Part shown: in pieces, positions 1-10,733 of the stretch
How positions within the stretch are numbered: position 1 is the stretch's first letter
Layout of the letters: every line of letters starts with the position of its first letter
Source: Syntrophales bacterium
GTDB taxonomy: Bacteria > Desulfobacterota > Syntrophia > Syntrophales > UBA2210
Direction of reading: 5' to 3'
NCBI GenBank assembly: GCA_963662405.2
Contig: CAXXKT010000003.1
Location: 448,001-512,000 of the forward strand
DNA length: 64,000 nucleotides
Made by a program: the position numbers and the translations under genes
The notes under the pieces: generated by a model
What the model was told of the DNA's origin: nothing
Seen by the model: only the letters and a program-made list of their open reading frames with translations
Databases searched by the model: none

Positions 1-982
1 CGTCATCAACCTGATGGAGTACTCCGGGGCCTCGGAGGTTATTGACTTTGCCGGGGGGAGCGTTAAACTCGTCTCTTTCTATGTGGATGCGGAGTGCGAC
101 GCCGTCGGGAAGAACCTGGAACAGATCATGGAAATCTACCCGGAAGGCGAGGATATCCTCATTGCCTCCATCACACGGGGAAATGAGCCCATCATTCCAT
201 CCGGAAAGACGGTGATCAAGGAGAAAGACCACCTCTTTGTCTTTGCAAAATCCGAAAATGTTCGCAATATGCTCAAGTTCTTCGGAAAAAAGGAGAAGCC
301 CTCGACGCGGGTTTTTATCGTGGGTGGTGGTGACACGGCGCTGATGCTTGCCGAGGCCCTCGAGAAGAAATGGGTCGATACCATCAAACTGATCGAGAAG
401 AGGCAGGACCGGTGCGAACTACTCGCCTCCCGTCTCGACAGGACCATCTGCCTGCATGGGGACGGGACGGATCAAGACCTGCTCAAGGAAGAGAACATAC
501 GGGACGCCGATTACTTCATCGCGGTGACCGACGATGAGGAAGAGAATATCCTGAGTGCCCTCCTGGCAAAACAACTGGGGGCCAAGAAGACGATATGCCT
601 GGTCAACAAGGCCGGGTACAACCACCTCATTCCCGTGATCGGAATCGACGGGGTCATGAATCCCCGGCGTGCCAGTATCGGAAAGATCCTGCACTTCATA
701 CGAAAGGGAAAGGTGATCTCCGCAACCCCTCTCGGGGATGAAAAGGCGGAGGCCGTCGAGTTTATCGCCCTCGAGACATCCGATATTACGGATAAGCCCC
801 TCAAGGATATCGACTTTCCACGAGGGACCATTGTCGGCCCGATTGCCCGTGATGGTGAGGTGATTATCCCGGGAGGCGATACCATCATCCTCCCCGGAGA
901 TCACGTTATCCTGGTAACGCTTCGCTCCTCGATTCCGAAGGTCGAAAAGATCCTCACGGTCAAGTTGGATTATTTCGGATGA
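1..982 (+). CDS. trkA: Trk system potassium uptake protein TrkA (5' truncated by window edge)
   Basis: RCK_N (IVGGGDTA; GDGTDQDLLKEENI) and RCK_C domains; stop overlaps the trkH start. Confidence 0.93.
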   Translation, partial: VINLMEYSGASEVIDFAGGSVKLVSFYVDAECDAVGKNLEQIMEIYPEGEDILIASITRGNEPIIPSGKTVIKEKDHLFVFAKSENVRNMLKFFGKKEKPSTRVFIVGGGDTALMLAEALEKKWVDTIKLIEKRQDRCELLASRLDRTICLHGDGTDQDLLKEENIRDADYFIAVTDDEEENILSALLAKQLGAKKTICLVNKAGYNHLIPVIGIDGVMNPRRASIGKILHFIRKGKVISATPLGDEKAEAVEFIALETSDITDKPLKDIDFPRGTIVGPIARDGEVIIPGGDTIILPGDHVILVTLRSSIPKVEKILTVKLDYFG

Positions 983-2430
983 ACACGAAGAACATACTCT
1001 ATATCCTGGGATCTCTCCTCTTTTTCCTGGGCCTGACCATGCTTGTTCCCCTTGTATGTTCGCTTTACTATCGGGAGGGGGATACCGCGGCCTTTCTCTA
1101 TTCGATTGCAATGGCGTTTTGTGTCGGCGGGTTCTTTTACCTTCTCTTCAAACCATCCAATGGTACGATGAGCCTGACTCACAGGGAGGGCTTCCTGGTT
1201 GTTGCCACCGGATGGCTACTCGTCGCGTTATTCGGATCTCTGCCCTTTATGATTCAGGGGGTTCTGCCCCACTTCAGTGACGCTTTTTTCGAGTCCATAT
1301 CTGGTTTTACCACGACAGGGGCTACGGTCATTGAGCGCATCGACGGTCTTCCCCACGGCATCCTCATCTGGCGTTCACTGACCCAATGGCTGGGGGGGAT
1401 GGGGATTATCATTCTTTCCATCGCTATTTTCCCCCTCCTCGGTGTCGGGGGTATGCAGCTCTACAAGGCCGAGCTCCCCAGCCCGGTGAAGGATAAGATC
1501 ACCCCCCGGGTTGCCGAGACGGCTCGTACCCTGTGGATCGTCTATATCGTTATTTCCATCGTCGAATTTATCATGCTCCTGATAGGCGGGATGGATGTTT
1601 TCAATGCCCTCTGTCACACCTTCACCACCATGGCCACCGGTGGTTTTTCCACGAGCGATGCCAGTATCGCACACTTTCACAGTGCCTATATAGATGGCGT
1701 TATTACCTTCTTTATGCTGGTTGCCGGGATAAACTTTACACTCCACTACGGTCTTATCATGGGAAACTTTCGGGCCTTTTTCGCGAACAGCGAGCTGCGC
1801 CTGTACCTTGCGATTATCCTGACCGCCGTGGTCATCGTAACCGTTACCCTCCGGCAGCATGCCCTGTATGATGGGGCCGACTCGCTCCGGTATGCCTCAT
1901 TCCAGGTGGTTTCGATTATCACGACCACCGGTTTTACCACTGCCAATTTTGATAACTGGCCGGCGCTATCAAAGATAATCCTTCTCCTCCTGATGTTTGT
2001 GGGGGGGTCGGCTGGTTCTACGGGTGGAAGCATTAAATGCCTCAGGATTCTCCTGATACTGAAACATAGCTATAAGGAGTTGTACCGGCTTGTTCATCCC
2101 CACGCAGTGACCGCGATGAAGCTGGGAAAGAGGACCGTGTATCCCGAGACCATGGCAAGTATCTGGGGCTTTTTCATGCTGTATCTTATGATGACGGTGA
2201 TTGCCTCGGTCATCCTGACCCTCCTCGGTTTGGACATGATGACGGCCTTTTCATCCGTTGCCGCGACGATCGGCAATGTCGGGCCCGGTTTCGGTGGGGT
2301 CAACCCTGCCTCGACCTACAGCGGGATCCCCTGCCTCGGTAAATGGGTGCTTTCCTTCTGCATGCTCGCCGGAAGACTCGAGATCTATACGGTTATCATC
2401 CTGTTGATCCCCGAATTCTGGAAGAAATAG
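979..2430 (+). CDS. trkH: TrkH family potassium uptake membrane protein
   Basis: Multi-TM protein with pore-loop motifs SGFTTTGAT, TMATGGFS, TTTGF, NVGPG. Confidence 0.95.
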   Translation: MNTKNILYILGSLLFFLGLTMLVPLVCSLYYREGDTAAFLYSIAMAFCVGGFFYLLFKPSNGTMSLTHREGFLVVATGWLLVALFGSLPFMIQGVLPHFSDAFFESISGFTTTGATVIERIDGLPHGILIWRSLTQWLGGMGIIILSIAIFPLLGVGGMQLYKAELPSPVKDKITPRVAETARTLWIVYIVISIVEFIMLLIGGMDVFNALCHTFTTMATGGFSTSDASIAHFHSAYIDGVITFFMLVAGINFTLHYGLIMGNFRAFFANSELRLYLAIILTAVVIVTVTLRQHALYDGADSLRYASFQVVSIITTTGFTTANFDNWPALSKIILLLLMFVGGSAGSTGGSIKCLRILLILKHSYKELYRLVHPHAVTAMKLGKRTVYPETMASIWGFFMLYLMMTVIASVILTLLGLDMMTAFSSVAATIGNVGPGFGGVNPASTYSGIPCLGKWVLSFCMLAGRLEIYTVIILLIPEFWKK

Positions 2431-2619
2431 GAACCATATCGTCGAAACCGCCCTGGGACCCGCAGCAACTCACGTCTGGAGCAGAGTTTTTCTCATACGG
2501 AATATGCGCGGCTTTTCCCACACATAATTTCATCGTCATTATCCCCTATCATATTATAATAATGGAGGGAAACGTGGGGCGCTGAGGCAGCGTTGCCAAA
2601 AAAGACCAGAACACAGGCC

Positions 2620-2656
2620 TTGCAATTCACCCCGAATGCAATTACGCTGTATTACA
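2620..2656 (+). promoter_or_regulatory. Putative sigma70 promoter and operator of the antitoxin gene
   Basis: TTGCAA-N17-TACGCT followed by the quasi-palindrome TGTATTACA. Confidence 0.35.
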
Positions 2657-2679
2657 ATGAGATACACTGAAGGTGCTGT

Positions 2680-2898
2680 ATGAGCACGGCAATATCAATC
2701 AGGGTCTCGGATGAGATTGCCTCGAAACTCGCTGAAATCTCGAAAGAGACGGAGCGATCCAAATCGTTCCATGTACAGAAAGCCCTGGATGCCTATCTGG
2801 CGGATCTGGCTGATCTGCAGGTCGCCCATGATCGGCTGCACGATACGCTTGATCGGATTGTCTCTGTTGAAGAGATGAGGAAAGATCTTGAACTATAA
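2680..2898 (+). CDS. Ribbon-helix-helix antitoxin (RelB/CopG-like)
   Basis: 72 aa; N-terminal RHH pattern (AISIRVSDEIASKL..RSKSFHVQKAL) and an acidic tail typical of RelE-partner antitoxins. Confidence 0.75.
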   Translation: MSTAISIRVSDEIASKLAEISKETERSKSFHVQKALDAYLADLADLQVAHDRLHDTLDRIVSVEEMRKDLEL

Positions 2899-2920
2899 CA
2901 TTACCGATAAAACAAGTTAA
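2888..2920 (+). pseudogene. Possible 10-codon remnant of a RelE-type toxin
   Basis: TTG start overlapping the antitoxin end reads MNYNITDKTS*, resembling RelE N-termini, then stops. Confidence 0.4.
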
Positions 2921-2973
2921 AACTGGTCAGAGTTTCTTCGCCGGTTTCGTTCTTAATCAGAAGGAGAAGCATC

Positions 2974-3666
2974 ATGTCATTAATAGAAGATAACATACGG
3001 AACATACGAGAAAATATTGCCGAGGCGGCCCTGAAATCGGGGCGGGATCCTTCCGGGGTCCATCTGATGGCTGTGACGAAGACCGTTGACGATGAGCGTA
3101 TCCTCGAGGCAATCGAGGCCGGTGTCGCTATCATGGGCGAGAATTACATCCAGGAGGCGAAGCGGAAGATCGAGACAATGGATGTGGATGTGAAGTGGCA
3201 CATGATCGGTCACCTCCAGTCCAACAAGGCAAAGTACGCGGTCAGGCTTTTTGATATGGTCCACTCCGTTGACCGCATAGGGTTGGCCGCAGAGCTCGAT
3301 AAGCGATCGGCAGCCGTGGGACGGGTGACCGATATCCTCGTCGAGGTAAACGTCAGCGGTGAGGAAAGCAAGAGCGGTGTCCGCGCGCAGGAGGCCCCCG
3401 CCCTGATCAGGGAGATCGCATCCCTCGGAAACCTCTCGGTCCGGGGGCTGATGACGATGCCCCCCTGGTTCGATGATCCCGAGGATGCCCGGCCGTACTT
3501 CGTGGCCTTGCGCGAACTGAAGGACAAAATCGCCGCAGAGGAGATCCCCCACGTCGAGATGAACGAACTCTCCATGGGGATGTCGGGAGACTACCGGGTC
3601 GCCGTTGAGGAAGGGGCGACCATCGTCAGGGTCGGGACGGCCATATTCGGCGCGCGGGCGTACTAG
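2974..3666 (+). CDS. yggS: YggS family PLP-binding protein
   Basis: AVTK, GENYIQE, WHMIGHLQSNK, LSMGMSGDY, VRVGTAIFG motifs. Confidence 0.95.
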   Translation: MSLIEDNIRNIRENIAEAALKSGRDPSGVHLMAVTKTVDDERILEAIEAGVAIMGENYIQEAKRKIETMDVDVKWHMIGHLQSNKAKYAVRLFDMVHSVDRIGLAAELDKRSAAVGRVTDILVEVNVSGEESKSGVRAQEAPALIREIASLGNLSVRGLMTMPPWFDDPEDARPYFVALRELKDKIAAEEIPHVEMNELSMGMSGDYRVAVEEGATIVRVGTAIFGARAY

Positions 3667-3673
3667 TTCGGCC

Positions 3674-4654
3674 TCACTCTCCGCCTTCCGTGGTTTCGCT
3701 TTCCGGGGGTTGACCCTTGTAGATAAACCGCTCGAGGAGCCGGTGATAGGGCGTCCAGTTTGTCTCATTCCCCGGGGCTTTCATGAATTCACTGAACGCG
3801 TTTGTCTTCGCGTCCAGGTCATCCATAAAGTTTACGATGAGGGCCTCCAGCGTCTTGGGCCGTTTGGGCGACCCGAATTCCAGGACCCCATGGTGGCTGA
3901 GGAGTATGTGCCGAAGCTCGAGGGCGAGCTGCCGCGGGAAGCTCTCGATTGCGGCGATCTTTTCATTTACGAACTCCACCGCCAGGACGATGTGGCCGAC
4001 GAGCCGCCCCTCGTCCGTGTAATTCATCGTGCCGTTGAAGGACAGCTCGTGAATCTTCCCTATGTCGTGCAGGATCCCCCCGGCAATGACGAGGTCCCGG
4101 TTCAGATTCCGATAGTGCCCTGTTACCAGATCGAGGAGCTGCGTCACGGAGAGGGTATGTTCGAGGAGCCCCCCGATATAGGCGTGATGAAAACCCTTTG
4201 CGGCGGGCGCCTTTCGGAAGGCATCCGCCGTCTCCTCGTCGTCGAAGATCAGATCGAGGAGGGTTCTCAGGTGCGGGTTTTGTACGGTCTCTACAATGGC
4301 CATGAGCGCCTCGAACATTTCGGCAGTATCCGAGGCGGATGACGGGAGGTAGTCGGCAGGGGTGACCGTGGGGTCGTCGACGACGGAGATCCTCGAGATG
4401 GACAGCTGGATGAGATTTCTGAAGCTGACCGCCTGGGACTGGATCTGGATAATGTCGCCCGTCTGGAATATCTCGTTCATCTCGGCCGCGCGGTCCCAGA
4501 CCCTCCCGTCGACCTCGCCCGTCTTGTCTCTGAGCTTCAGATTCAGGTAAGGGTTCCCTTTCTGTGAGATGGCCATATTCTTTTCGGTAACGAGGAACAG
4601 GTCTTGAACCCGGTCCCCCGCGTGTATGTCCTTCACGTAACTCTGTTTGATCAA
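3674..4654 (-). CDS. yhaM: OB-fold + HD domain 3'-5' exoribonuclease, YhaM family
   Basis: N-terminal OB fold; HHAYIGGLLEH, LHDIGK, SHHG, DDLDAK motifs; likely TTG start at 4654 overlapping the fdhD stop (ORF track over-extends to 4801). Confidence 0.85.
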   Translation of the reverse strand: MIKQSYVKDIHAGDRVQDLFLVTEKNMAISQKGNPYLNLKLRDKTGEVDGRVWDRAAEMNEIFQTGDIIQIQSQAVSFRNLIQLSISRISVVDDPTVTPADYLPSSASDTAEMFEALMAIVETVQNPHLRTLLDLIFDDEETADAFRKAPAAKGFHHAYIGGLLEHTLSVTQLLDLVTGHYRNLNRDLVIAGGILHDIGKIHELSFNGTMNYTDEGRLVGHIVLAVEFVNEKIAAIESFPRQLALELRHILLSHHGVLEFGSPKRPKTLEALIVNFMDDLDAKTNAFSEFMKAPGNETNWTPYHRLLERFIYKGQPPESETTEGGE

Positions 4655-5418
4655 AATCGTATCCGCCTTTCGTTGGTGTATATCTTGAATGATTTTCCTC
4701 TCACGTGACCGATGAGGGTAATTCCTGCTTCGTGCAGGATATCGAGCGCCTCTGAGGTCGGGACCGAGTGGGAAATCATGATGGGGATCCCCAGCGCCCA
4801 CACCTTCCGGGCAATCTCGGAGGAGACACGCCCCGTCTTGACGATGATCTTATCTGAACAGTCGATGCCGTTCAGGAGGGCATATCCGCCCAGCATATCG
4901 ATGGTGTTGTGCCGTCCGATGTCATCGCGCAGGGCGAGGATCTGTTCCGTATCTGCGAGGGCCGAACAGTGGGTACCATGTGTTAACCGGTGGAGTTCTG
5001 ATGAGGTCAAAAGCTCTTCCATCAATGTGATCGCTTTCTGCGCGGAAAGGAAGATATCGGATGAAATCCTGTTTCCCCCCGTTTCAGGCTGTCTTGCCCT
5101 CGATCCGCTCGACAGGACGATGGGATCCGAAGGGGGTGCCAGCGGAATAGTCGTATCCATTGTCAGCACATCGACCCGTGATCCATCAGAAGAAACTGCA
5201 ACCCTTTCGATGCCATCGGGAATCGTGAGCAGGTCCATCGAGCGGAGATACCCTGTTGCCAGTTCTTTGAGATGAATGCCCGTGCAGGCGATCGTTGTGA
5301 TCCTTTTCCCGTTGAGGAGGATCTCCACCGGTTTCTCCCTGATGACCGGTTCGGAGATGTCAGATGTCGTGTTTTCTCGGTAGAAACGGATATCTACCTG
5401 TTGTATGGGGTCGCTCAC
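4651..5418 (-). CDS. fdhD: Formate dehydrogenase accessory sulfurtransferase FdhD
   Basis: THGTHCSAL, DIGRHNTIDMLGG, TGRVSSEI motifs. Confidence 0.9.
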   Translation of the reverse strand: MSDPIQQVDIRFYRENTTSDISEPVIREKPVEILLNGKRITTIACTGIHLKELATGYLRSMDLLTIPDGIERVAVSSDGSRVDVLTMDTTIPLAPPSDPIVLSSGSRARQPETGGNRISSDIFLSAQKAITLMEELLTSSELHRLTHGTHCSALADTEQILALRDDIGRHNTIDMLGGYALLNGIDCSDKIIVKTGRVSSEIARKVWALGIPIMISHSVPTSEALDILHEAGITLIGHVRGKSFKIYTNERRIRF

Positions 5419-7325
5419 TGTGCTCTCTCTCTCAACATTCGGTAGTTCTCGACCCGGATAGTCAGTTTTGTCTTATCAAAATATTCCATAAGTGGAATAA
5501 TGAACTTGCGCGATAATCCGGTCAGCTCTTTGAAGGTGGCGGGAGAGGCCTTCCCCTCTTGGACGAGGACCGCCCGATACTCTTCTTTCAACCGGTCGAG
5601 GGCCTCGCGGTGAAAATACAGGTCTTCATTGATTTTGACGAGGATATTCGTGCTGAGCATGACATGCAAGATGTCGGCGACCGCCTTCCGTTTCCCGGGG
5701 AAACGTTCAACGATCTCCTTGATTGAAGGGGGAGTGAGGGCGGCGTCTCGGTAGATGCCGGTGATCTCTTCCCTGAGTTTTACATCTTCGTCTTTCAGAT
5801 TTACGGTGTGACTCTCGATACGGACCGTATCTTTGTCCGTGGTGATTCTTTTGTCATCCGCCAGATCTTTGATCGCTTTACTGAAGAGCTTGGGATCGAT
5901 ATATCCTCCGAGGGTGCTCCTTAGCTCCTCCTTGGAGATTCCCTCCTTCAGGGGATATTTCTGGTGGTATGCCGTAATGCCGGTCAGGACACGCTCTTGA
6001 AAAGCACCGTACACGCCGGAAGAGACGATCCGGCGTTCATCCCGGTCGACCATGAGGGCATTTTTACCCGACAGCATCTTCTCGATGATTTTCTCCTGCT
6101 CGCCGGGCGGCAGGCCGGTCCGTATCGCCAGCCTCAGGGCTGTAATGCCCTCGAGCCCCGCCCTCTCCAATATGATGTCAGTTTTCTCTTCACCCCTTCC
6201 CCGGTGGAGCCTCTCGGACTCCCCGGGTTGCACATGTTTCCTGCGTTTTTGGGCGAGGGGATCGGTGACCTCTCCCCCTCCGATCGTGGTGATGGGGGAA
6301 TAACTCCTGATGACGAAATGGTCGCCCGACATGGCCACCACCGGATTTTCGGGGAGCACTTGTGCGTATGCCGTCTTCCCCGGGTCCAGCTCATCGTGGT
6401 CCGGCAGTATGATCCGCGCGATCGCTTCGCTGGTTCCTGTGTGAAATCTGACGAGTGCTCGATTCTTCAGTTTTTTGCCGGCGCCGGCGAGATAGCGCAG
6501 ATGGACATCCAGACGACTCGATGCCTCAAAAGTGGCGGGGCGGGCAAGGACATGCCCCCGCTCTATCTTTGCACGGTCGATTCCTTGGAGATTGATGGCG
6601 GTTCTCTGTCCTGCCTGTGCCGTATCCGCCGCCTCGTTATGGACCTGAATCCCGCGTATCTTCGCCAGTCCGCCGGTCGGCATGATCTCGACGATCTCTC
6701 CGATCCGAATGTTTCCTGAAGCGAGGGTGCCGGTTACCACCGTACCAAACCCCTTCATGGTGAATACCCGGTCCACGGGGAGGCGGAAGAGCCCTGAGTC
6801 TGCTCGGTCCTCCAGGGTGGCAATCATGGTGCTCAGTTGATCGATGAACGCCGGGAGACCCGCGCCCGTCATGGCCGACAGGGGGATGATCGGAGATTCA
6901 TCCAGGAAGGTTCCCTCTAAAAAAGTCTGGATATCTTCCTGCACCAGGCCCAGCCATTCCTCATCCACCATATCAATCTTCGTCAGGGCCACGATTCCTC
7001 TCTTAATCCCCAGAAGTTGACATATCTCGAGGTGCTCGCGGGTTTGGGGCATAATCCCCTCATCCGCCGCTATGACGAGGACCACCAGATCGATCCCCCC
7101 GGCACCGGAGACCATGTTTTTTACGAATCTTTCATGGCCGGGGACATCTACAACCCCGATTTTCTGCCCGCCGGGGAGGACCAGGGGGGCGAATCCGAGC
7201 TCGATGGTAATCCCGCGCTCCTTTTCTTCCTTGAGACGGTCCGTGTCTACGTTGGTGAGGGCCTTGATGAGGGAAGTTTTACCATGGTCGACATGCCCCG
7301 CCGTGCCCAGGATGATGTGCTTCAT
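5415..7325 (-). CDS. selB: Selenocysteine-specific translation elongation factor SelB
   Basis: [33 protein letters not shown]-terminal winged helix with [14 protein letters not shown]. Confidence 0.96.
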   Translation of the reverse strand: MKHIILGTAGHVDHGKTSLIKALTNVDTDRLKEEKERGITIELGFAPLVLPGGQKIGVVDVPGHERFVKNMVSGAGGIDLVVLVIAADEGIMPQTREHLEICQLLGIKRGIVALTKIDMVDEEWLGLVQEDIQTFLEGTFLDESPIIPLSAMTGAGLPAFIDQLSTMIATLEDRADSGLFRLPVDRVFTMKGFGTVVTGTLASGNIRIGEIVEIMPTGGLAKIRGIQVHNEAADTAQAGQRTAINLQGIDRAKIERGHVLARPATFEASSRLDVHLRYLAGAGKKLKNRALVRFHTGTSEAIARIILPDHDELDPGKTAYAQVLPENPVVAMSGDHFVIRSYSPITTIGGGEVTDPLAQKRRKHVQPGESERLHRGRGEEKTDIILERAGLEGITALRLAIRTGLPPGEQEKIIEKMLSGKNALMVDRDERRIVSSGVYGAFQERVLTGITAYHQKYPLKEGISKEELRSTLGGYIDPKLFSKAIKDLADDKRITTDKDTVRIESHTVNLKDEDVKLREEITGIYRDAALTPPSIKEIVERFPGKRKAVADILHVMLSTNILVKINEDLYFHREALDRLKEEYRAVLVQEGKASPATFKELTGLSRKFIIPLMEYFDKTKLTIRVENYRMLRERAQ

Positions 7326-7484
7326 ACGGTCGTTCTCTTTCTTCGGCTTGTGCCGAGAACATCTCCTGATGAAATACCAAAACCGTGCTCATTACACAAG
7401 GTGATTGTCTGTACCTCCGATTTCACCGTAACATGATCACGTTTTGTAATATGATGGTGACTATGATATGAAACAGGACCGATT

Positions 7485-7901
7485 ATGAAGATACTGGGCC
7501 TTGATTACGGAGACAAAAGAATAGGTGTGGCGATCTGCGATGAACTGGGAATAGCAGCGAGAGGCGTCGCGACGGTTACCAGGAAATACTGGAAGCGGGA
7601 CATTGCACAGATCGCAACACTCGTGCGGGAGTATGGCGCCGAGATGATCGTTATCGGGTATCCCGTCCGGCTGGATGGTACGGAAGGGATCCAGTGCGGG
7701 AAGGTAAACGATTTTATCGAGACCCTCGCGACGGGGATTGATATCCCTGTCGTAAAATGGAACGAGGCCCTCTCAACGAAAGAGGCGGAAGGCCTTCTCC
7801 GGGAGGCGGATGTGAAGCTGAGAAAGCGGAGGGGGGTTGTGGACAGGATAGCGGCCGCTATCATTCTCCAAGATTATCTGGATCATAACCCGGTGACGTG
7901 A
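7485..7901 (+). CDS. ruvX: YqgF/RuvX family pre-16S rRNA nuclease
   Basis: ILGLDYGDKRIGVA, NEALST, VDRIAAAIILQDYL. Confidence 0.93.
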   Translation: MKILGLDYGDKRIGVAICDELGIAARGVATVTRKYWKRDIAQIATLVREYGAEMIVIGYPVRLDGTEGIQCGKVNDFIETLATGIDIPVVKWNEALSTKEAEGLLREADVKLRKRRGVVDRIAAAIILQDYLDHNPVT

Positions 7902-7948
7902 AAAAAGCACTCATTCCAATGGGCGAAACGCCAGGGTGAAGAGGGTGA

Positions 7949-8962
7949 ATGAGTAAGGGATGGATGAAGACACTGGTCATTATACTCATCACCTGTGTGG
8001 TGAGCGGGGTGCTTCTGTGCCTGTTCTTCATCAACCTTGCGACAAGCCCGATCGATTATCAATATCGGGAGGTCACCGTCGAGATTCCCCGGGGGACTTC
8101 CTTCGCCCGGACGGTCGCTATCTTGGAAGATGCGGAGATAATCGGTAATGCAAGGGCATTTTATCTGTTGGCATTTCTGAAAGACGCACTCAATCGTATC
8201 AGGGCGGGTGAATACGACCTGCGCAGTTCCATGACGCCGATGGAAATTCTGGAACGATTGGTTGAGGGAAAGGTCAAGGAATATCCGGTATTCATCCCGG
8301 AGGGCTACACGTTGCAACAAATAGCTGACCGACTTGAAGAACAAGGACTTGCCGACCGGGAGATTTTCGTCAGTCTTGCATCGGACAAGAAACTGCTCTC
8401 ATCGATCGGTATAGAAGGGGACAGCGCCGAGGGTTATCTTTTCCCCGATACCCATATGCTGAACAAGTCGATGGGGGAAGAGGGTATTATACGCTTCATG
8501 GTGCGGCAGTTCCGGAGGATCATGACGCCCGAACTGCTCGAACGGATGGAACGGCTTCATATGGGTGAGAATGAAGTCGTAACGCTTGCTTCGATTATCG
8601 AGAAAGAAGGAGGGGGCGTTGCGGAGATGCCTCTTATATCGGCCGTTTTTCATAACAGGCTGAAGCGGAAGATGCGATTGCAGAGCGACCCCACCGTCAT
8701 CTACGGTATCGAGGATTTTGACGGAAATCTCAGGAGAAAGGATCTGAAGCAAAAAACACCCTACAATACATACCGGATACGGGGATTACCCCCCGGACCG
8801 ATCTGTAGCCCGGGGGCGGAGGCGATCAGGGCCGCTCTCTTCCCGGCGCCGGTGCAGTATCTCTATTTTGTCTCGAAAAACAACGGTTCCCACCACTTTT
8901 CTACCAATCTTGCCGACCACAATAAGGCCGTCCTAAAATATCAAATTAAAAGGCGGAAATAG
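7949..8962 (+). CDS. mltG: Endolytic transglycosylase MltG
   Basis: N-terminal TM; EGYLFPDT, LASIIEKE, LQSDPTV, GLPPGPI. Confidence 0.95.
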   Translation: MSKGWMKTLVIILITCVVSGVLLCLFFINLATSPIDYQYREVTVEIPRGTSFARTVAILEDAEIIGNARAFYLLAFLKDALNRIRAGEYDLRSSMTPMEILERLVEGKVKEYPVFIPEGYTLQQIADRLEEQGLADREIFVSLASDKKLLSSIGIEGDSAEGYLFPDTHMLNKSMGEEGIIRFMVRQFRRIMTPELLERMERLHMGENEVVTLASIIEKEGGGVAEMPLISAVFHNRLKRKMRLQSDPTVIYGIEDFDGNLRRKDLKQKTPYNTYRIRGLPPGPICSPGAEAIRAALFPAPVQYLYFVSKNNGSHHFSTNLADHNKAVLKYQIKRRK

Positions 8963-8985
8963 CTTTTCCCCTCGTGTTTTTTTTC

Positions 8986-9048
8986 TTGACAAAGCAGCGG
9001 TGCACTCCTATAGTTCAATCAGGTGGAGCGAAGTGGGATTTTGTGGAG
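8986..9048 (+). promoter_or_regulatory. dcw/mra promoter with three MraZ-binding boxes
   Basis: TTGACA(8986)-N17-TATAGT(9009), then GTGG at 9023, 9033 and 9043 (exact 10-bp period). Confidence 0.85.
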
Positions 9049-9058
9049 GTTTTTATCG

Positions 9059-9505
9059 TTGTCTGTATTCAGGGGAAGGCACTACCACACCATCGATGAA
9101 AAAGGGAGAATTATCTTCCCCGCCAAGCTCTGTCAGGTTTTCAAGGAGAGGTATGACGAGCGGATGGTGATCACCAACTGGGACCGGTGCCTCCTGGTCT
9201 TCCCCTATAACGAATGGATCGCGATTGAGGAGAAAGTCTTTTCGCAGTCGATCATCAAAAGAGAGGTACGGGCATTTCAGCGTCTCTTTATGTCGGGTGC
9301 TGTGGATTGTTCTTTCAATGAGCAAAGGCGAGTGCTGATACCACCCGCCCTCAGAGAATACGCGAAACTCGAGAAAGAGATCGTCATCGCCGGCATGGGA
9401 CGGAGCATAGAGATCTGGAGTAGGGATCGCTTTGAGGAGGAACTTGACGACTCCGTCCAGAATATAGAGGCCTTCAGCGATTACATGGCCGATCTGGGGA
9501 TATGA
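9059..9505 (+). CDS. mraZ: Transcriptional regulator MraZ
   Basis: FRGRHYHTIDEKGRI and second repeat RRVLIPPALREYA; TTG start at 9059 after GGAGG preferred over 9023. Confidence 0.93.
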   Translation: MSVFRGRHYHTIDEKGRIIFPAKLCQVFKERYDERMVITNWDRCLLVFPYNEWIAIEEKVFSQSIIKREVRAFQRLFMSGAVDCSFNEQRRVLIPPALREYAKLEKEIVIAGMGRSIEIWSRDRFEEELDDSVQNIEAFSDYMADLGI

Positions 9506-10443
9506 GAAAGTCAACCTATCATGAACCGGTAATGCTTGCAGAGACGGTCGATTCATTGGATTGCAAGCCGGCGGGCGTCTATGTCGACGGAACGATAGGG
9601 GGTGGGGGGCATGCGAAGGAGATCCTGATACGGACGGCCCCTGATGGGATCTTGATCGGCGTTGATCGTGACGATGATGCAATTGCTGAGTCCGCGTTGA
9701 GACTCGAGCTCTTTGGCGCGCGAGCCATTTTGGTGAAGGCGAATTTTACACAGATCAGGGATATCGTTTCGGCGCGGGGCTTTGAGAAAGTGAACGGGAT
9801 TTTGCTGGACCTGGGAGTTTCGTCACATCAGTTCGATGCACCCGAAAGGGGATTCGGGTTTTCCCGAGACGCACCACTTGACATGAGGATGGATCAAGAA
9901 AGTGGCGTGACGGCCTTTGACATCGTCAACGGGTTCCCGGAAGAGAAACTGAAGAAGATTCTAAAAGAGTACGGTGAAGAAATGATGCCCGGACGAATTG
10001 TACGTGCAATTTCGGAAAGGCGGAGGCTGTCTCCCATACGAACGACCGCTGAACTTGCCGAGATTGTCAGAGTCGCACTCCCCGGCCACCTGAAGCACAA
10101 GAGGATACATCCCGCCACAAAGACCTTTCAAGCCCTCCGCATCGCCGTCAACGATGAATTGGAAAATCTCCGCACCGCGATCGAATCGGGAATCGACATG
10201 CTCGAAGAGGGGGGGAGATTCTCGATCATCTCGTTCCATTCACTCGAAGACCGGATCGTCAAGGATCGGTTCCGCTCTTGGGAAAAGGGGTGTATTTGTC
10301 CTCCCGATTTTCCGGTTTGCCGGTGCGGCAGGAGCCCGAAACTGAAGGTGCTGACAAAGAAACCGGTCATGTCCGGAGAGGATGAAATCGTTTCCAATCC
10401 GCGGGCACGAAGCGCCCGGTTGAGAACGGCAATAAGGATTTAA
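9502..10443 (+). CDS. rsmH: 16S rRNA m4C1402 methyltransferase RsmH
   Basis: HEPVM, DGTIGGGGH, DLGVSS, PLDMRMD, FHSLEDR, NPRARSARLR. Confidence 0.97.
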   Translation: MRKSTYHEPVMLAETVDSLDCKPAGVYVDGTIGGGGHAKEILIRTAPDGILIGVDRDDDAIAESALRLELFGARAILVKANFTQIRDIVSARGFEKVNGILLDLGVSSHQFDAPERGFGFSRDAPLDMRMDQESGVTAFDIVNGFPEEKLKKILKEYGEEMMPGRIVRAISERRRLSPIRTTAELAEIVRVALPGHLKHKRIHPATKTFQALRIAVNDELENLRTAIESGIDMLEEGGRFSIISFHSLEDRIVKDRFRSWEKGCICPPDFPVCRCGRSPKLKVLTKKPVMSGEDEIVSNPRARSARLRTAIRI

Positions 10444-10445
10444 AC

Positions 10446-10733
10446 ATGACGGGGCTGGGCGCGAAAAAAAAGTGGCGAATCTCCCGGCTTATTGTCGTTG
10501 CGCTTCTGTTTATGGCGGCTGCCCTTTTGTATGTATGGGTTCGTATCAGTATCACGAACGTCGATTATCGGATAGCGAGAGAAATGCATCGCAGGGAAGT
10601 CCTCATGGAGGAAAATCGAAAGTTGAAAATTGAGATCGCGACGCTCAAGTCTCCAAGCAGGGTAGAGGCTATCGCGCGGGCCAAGCTCGGGATGCACTAT
10701 CCGGAAAGGGATCAGGTAATTTTCCTGAGATGA
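10446..10733 (+). CDS. ftsL: Cell division protein FtsL
   Basis: Single TM plus coiled coil, RVEAIARAKLGM; lies between rsmH and ftsI. Confidence 0.88.
   Translation: MTGLGAKKKWRISRLIVVALLFMAAALLYVWVRISITNVDYRIAREMHRREVLMEENRKLKIEIATLKSPSRVEAIARAKLGMHYPERDQVIFLR

Noticed and set aside
9023..9058. N-terminal extension of MraZ in the ORF track
   Set aside because: This stretch is the MraZ operator and RBS; the real start is probably TTG 9059
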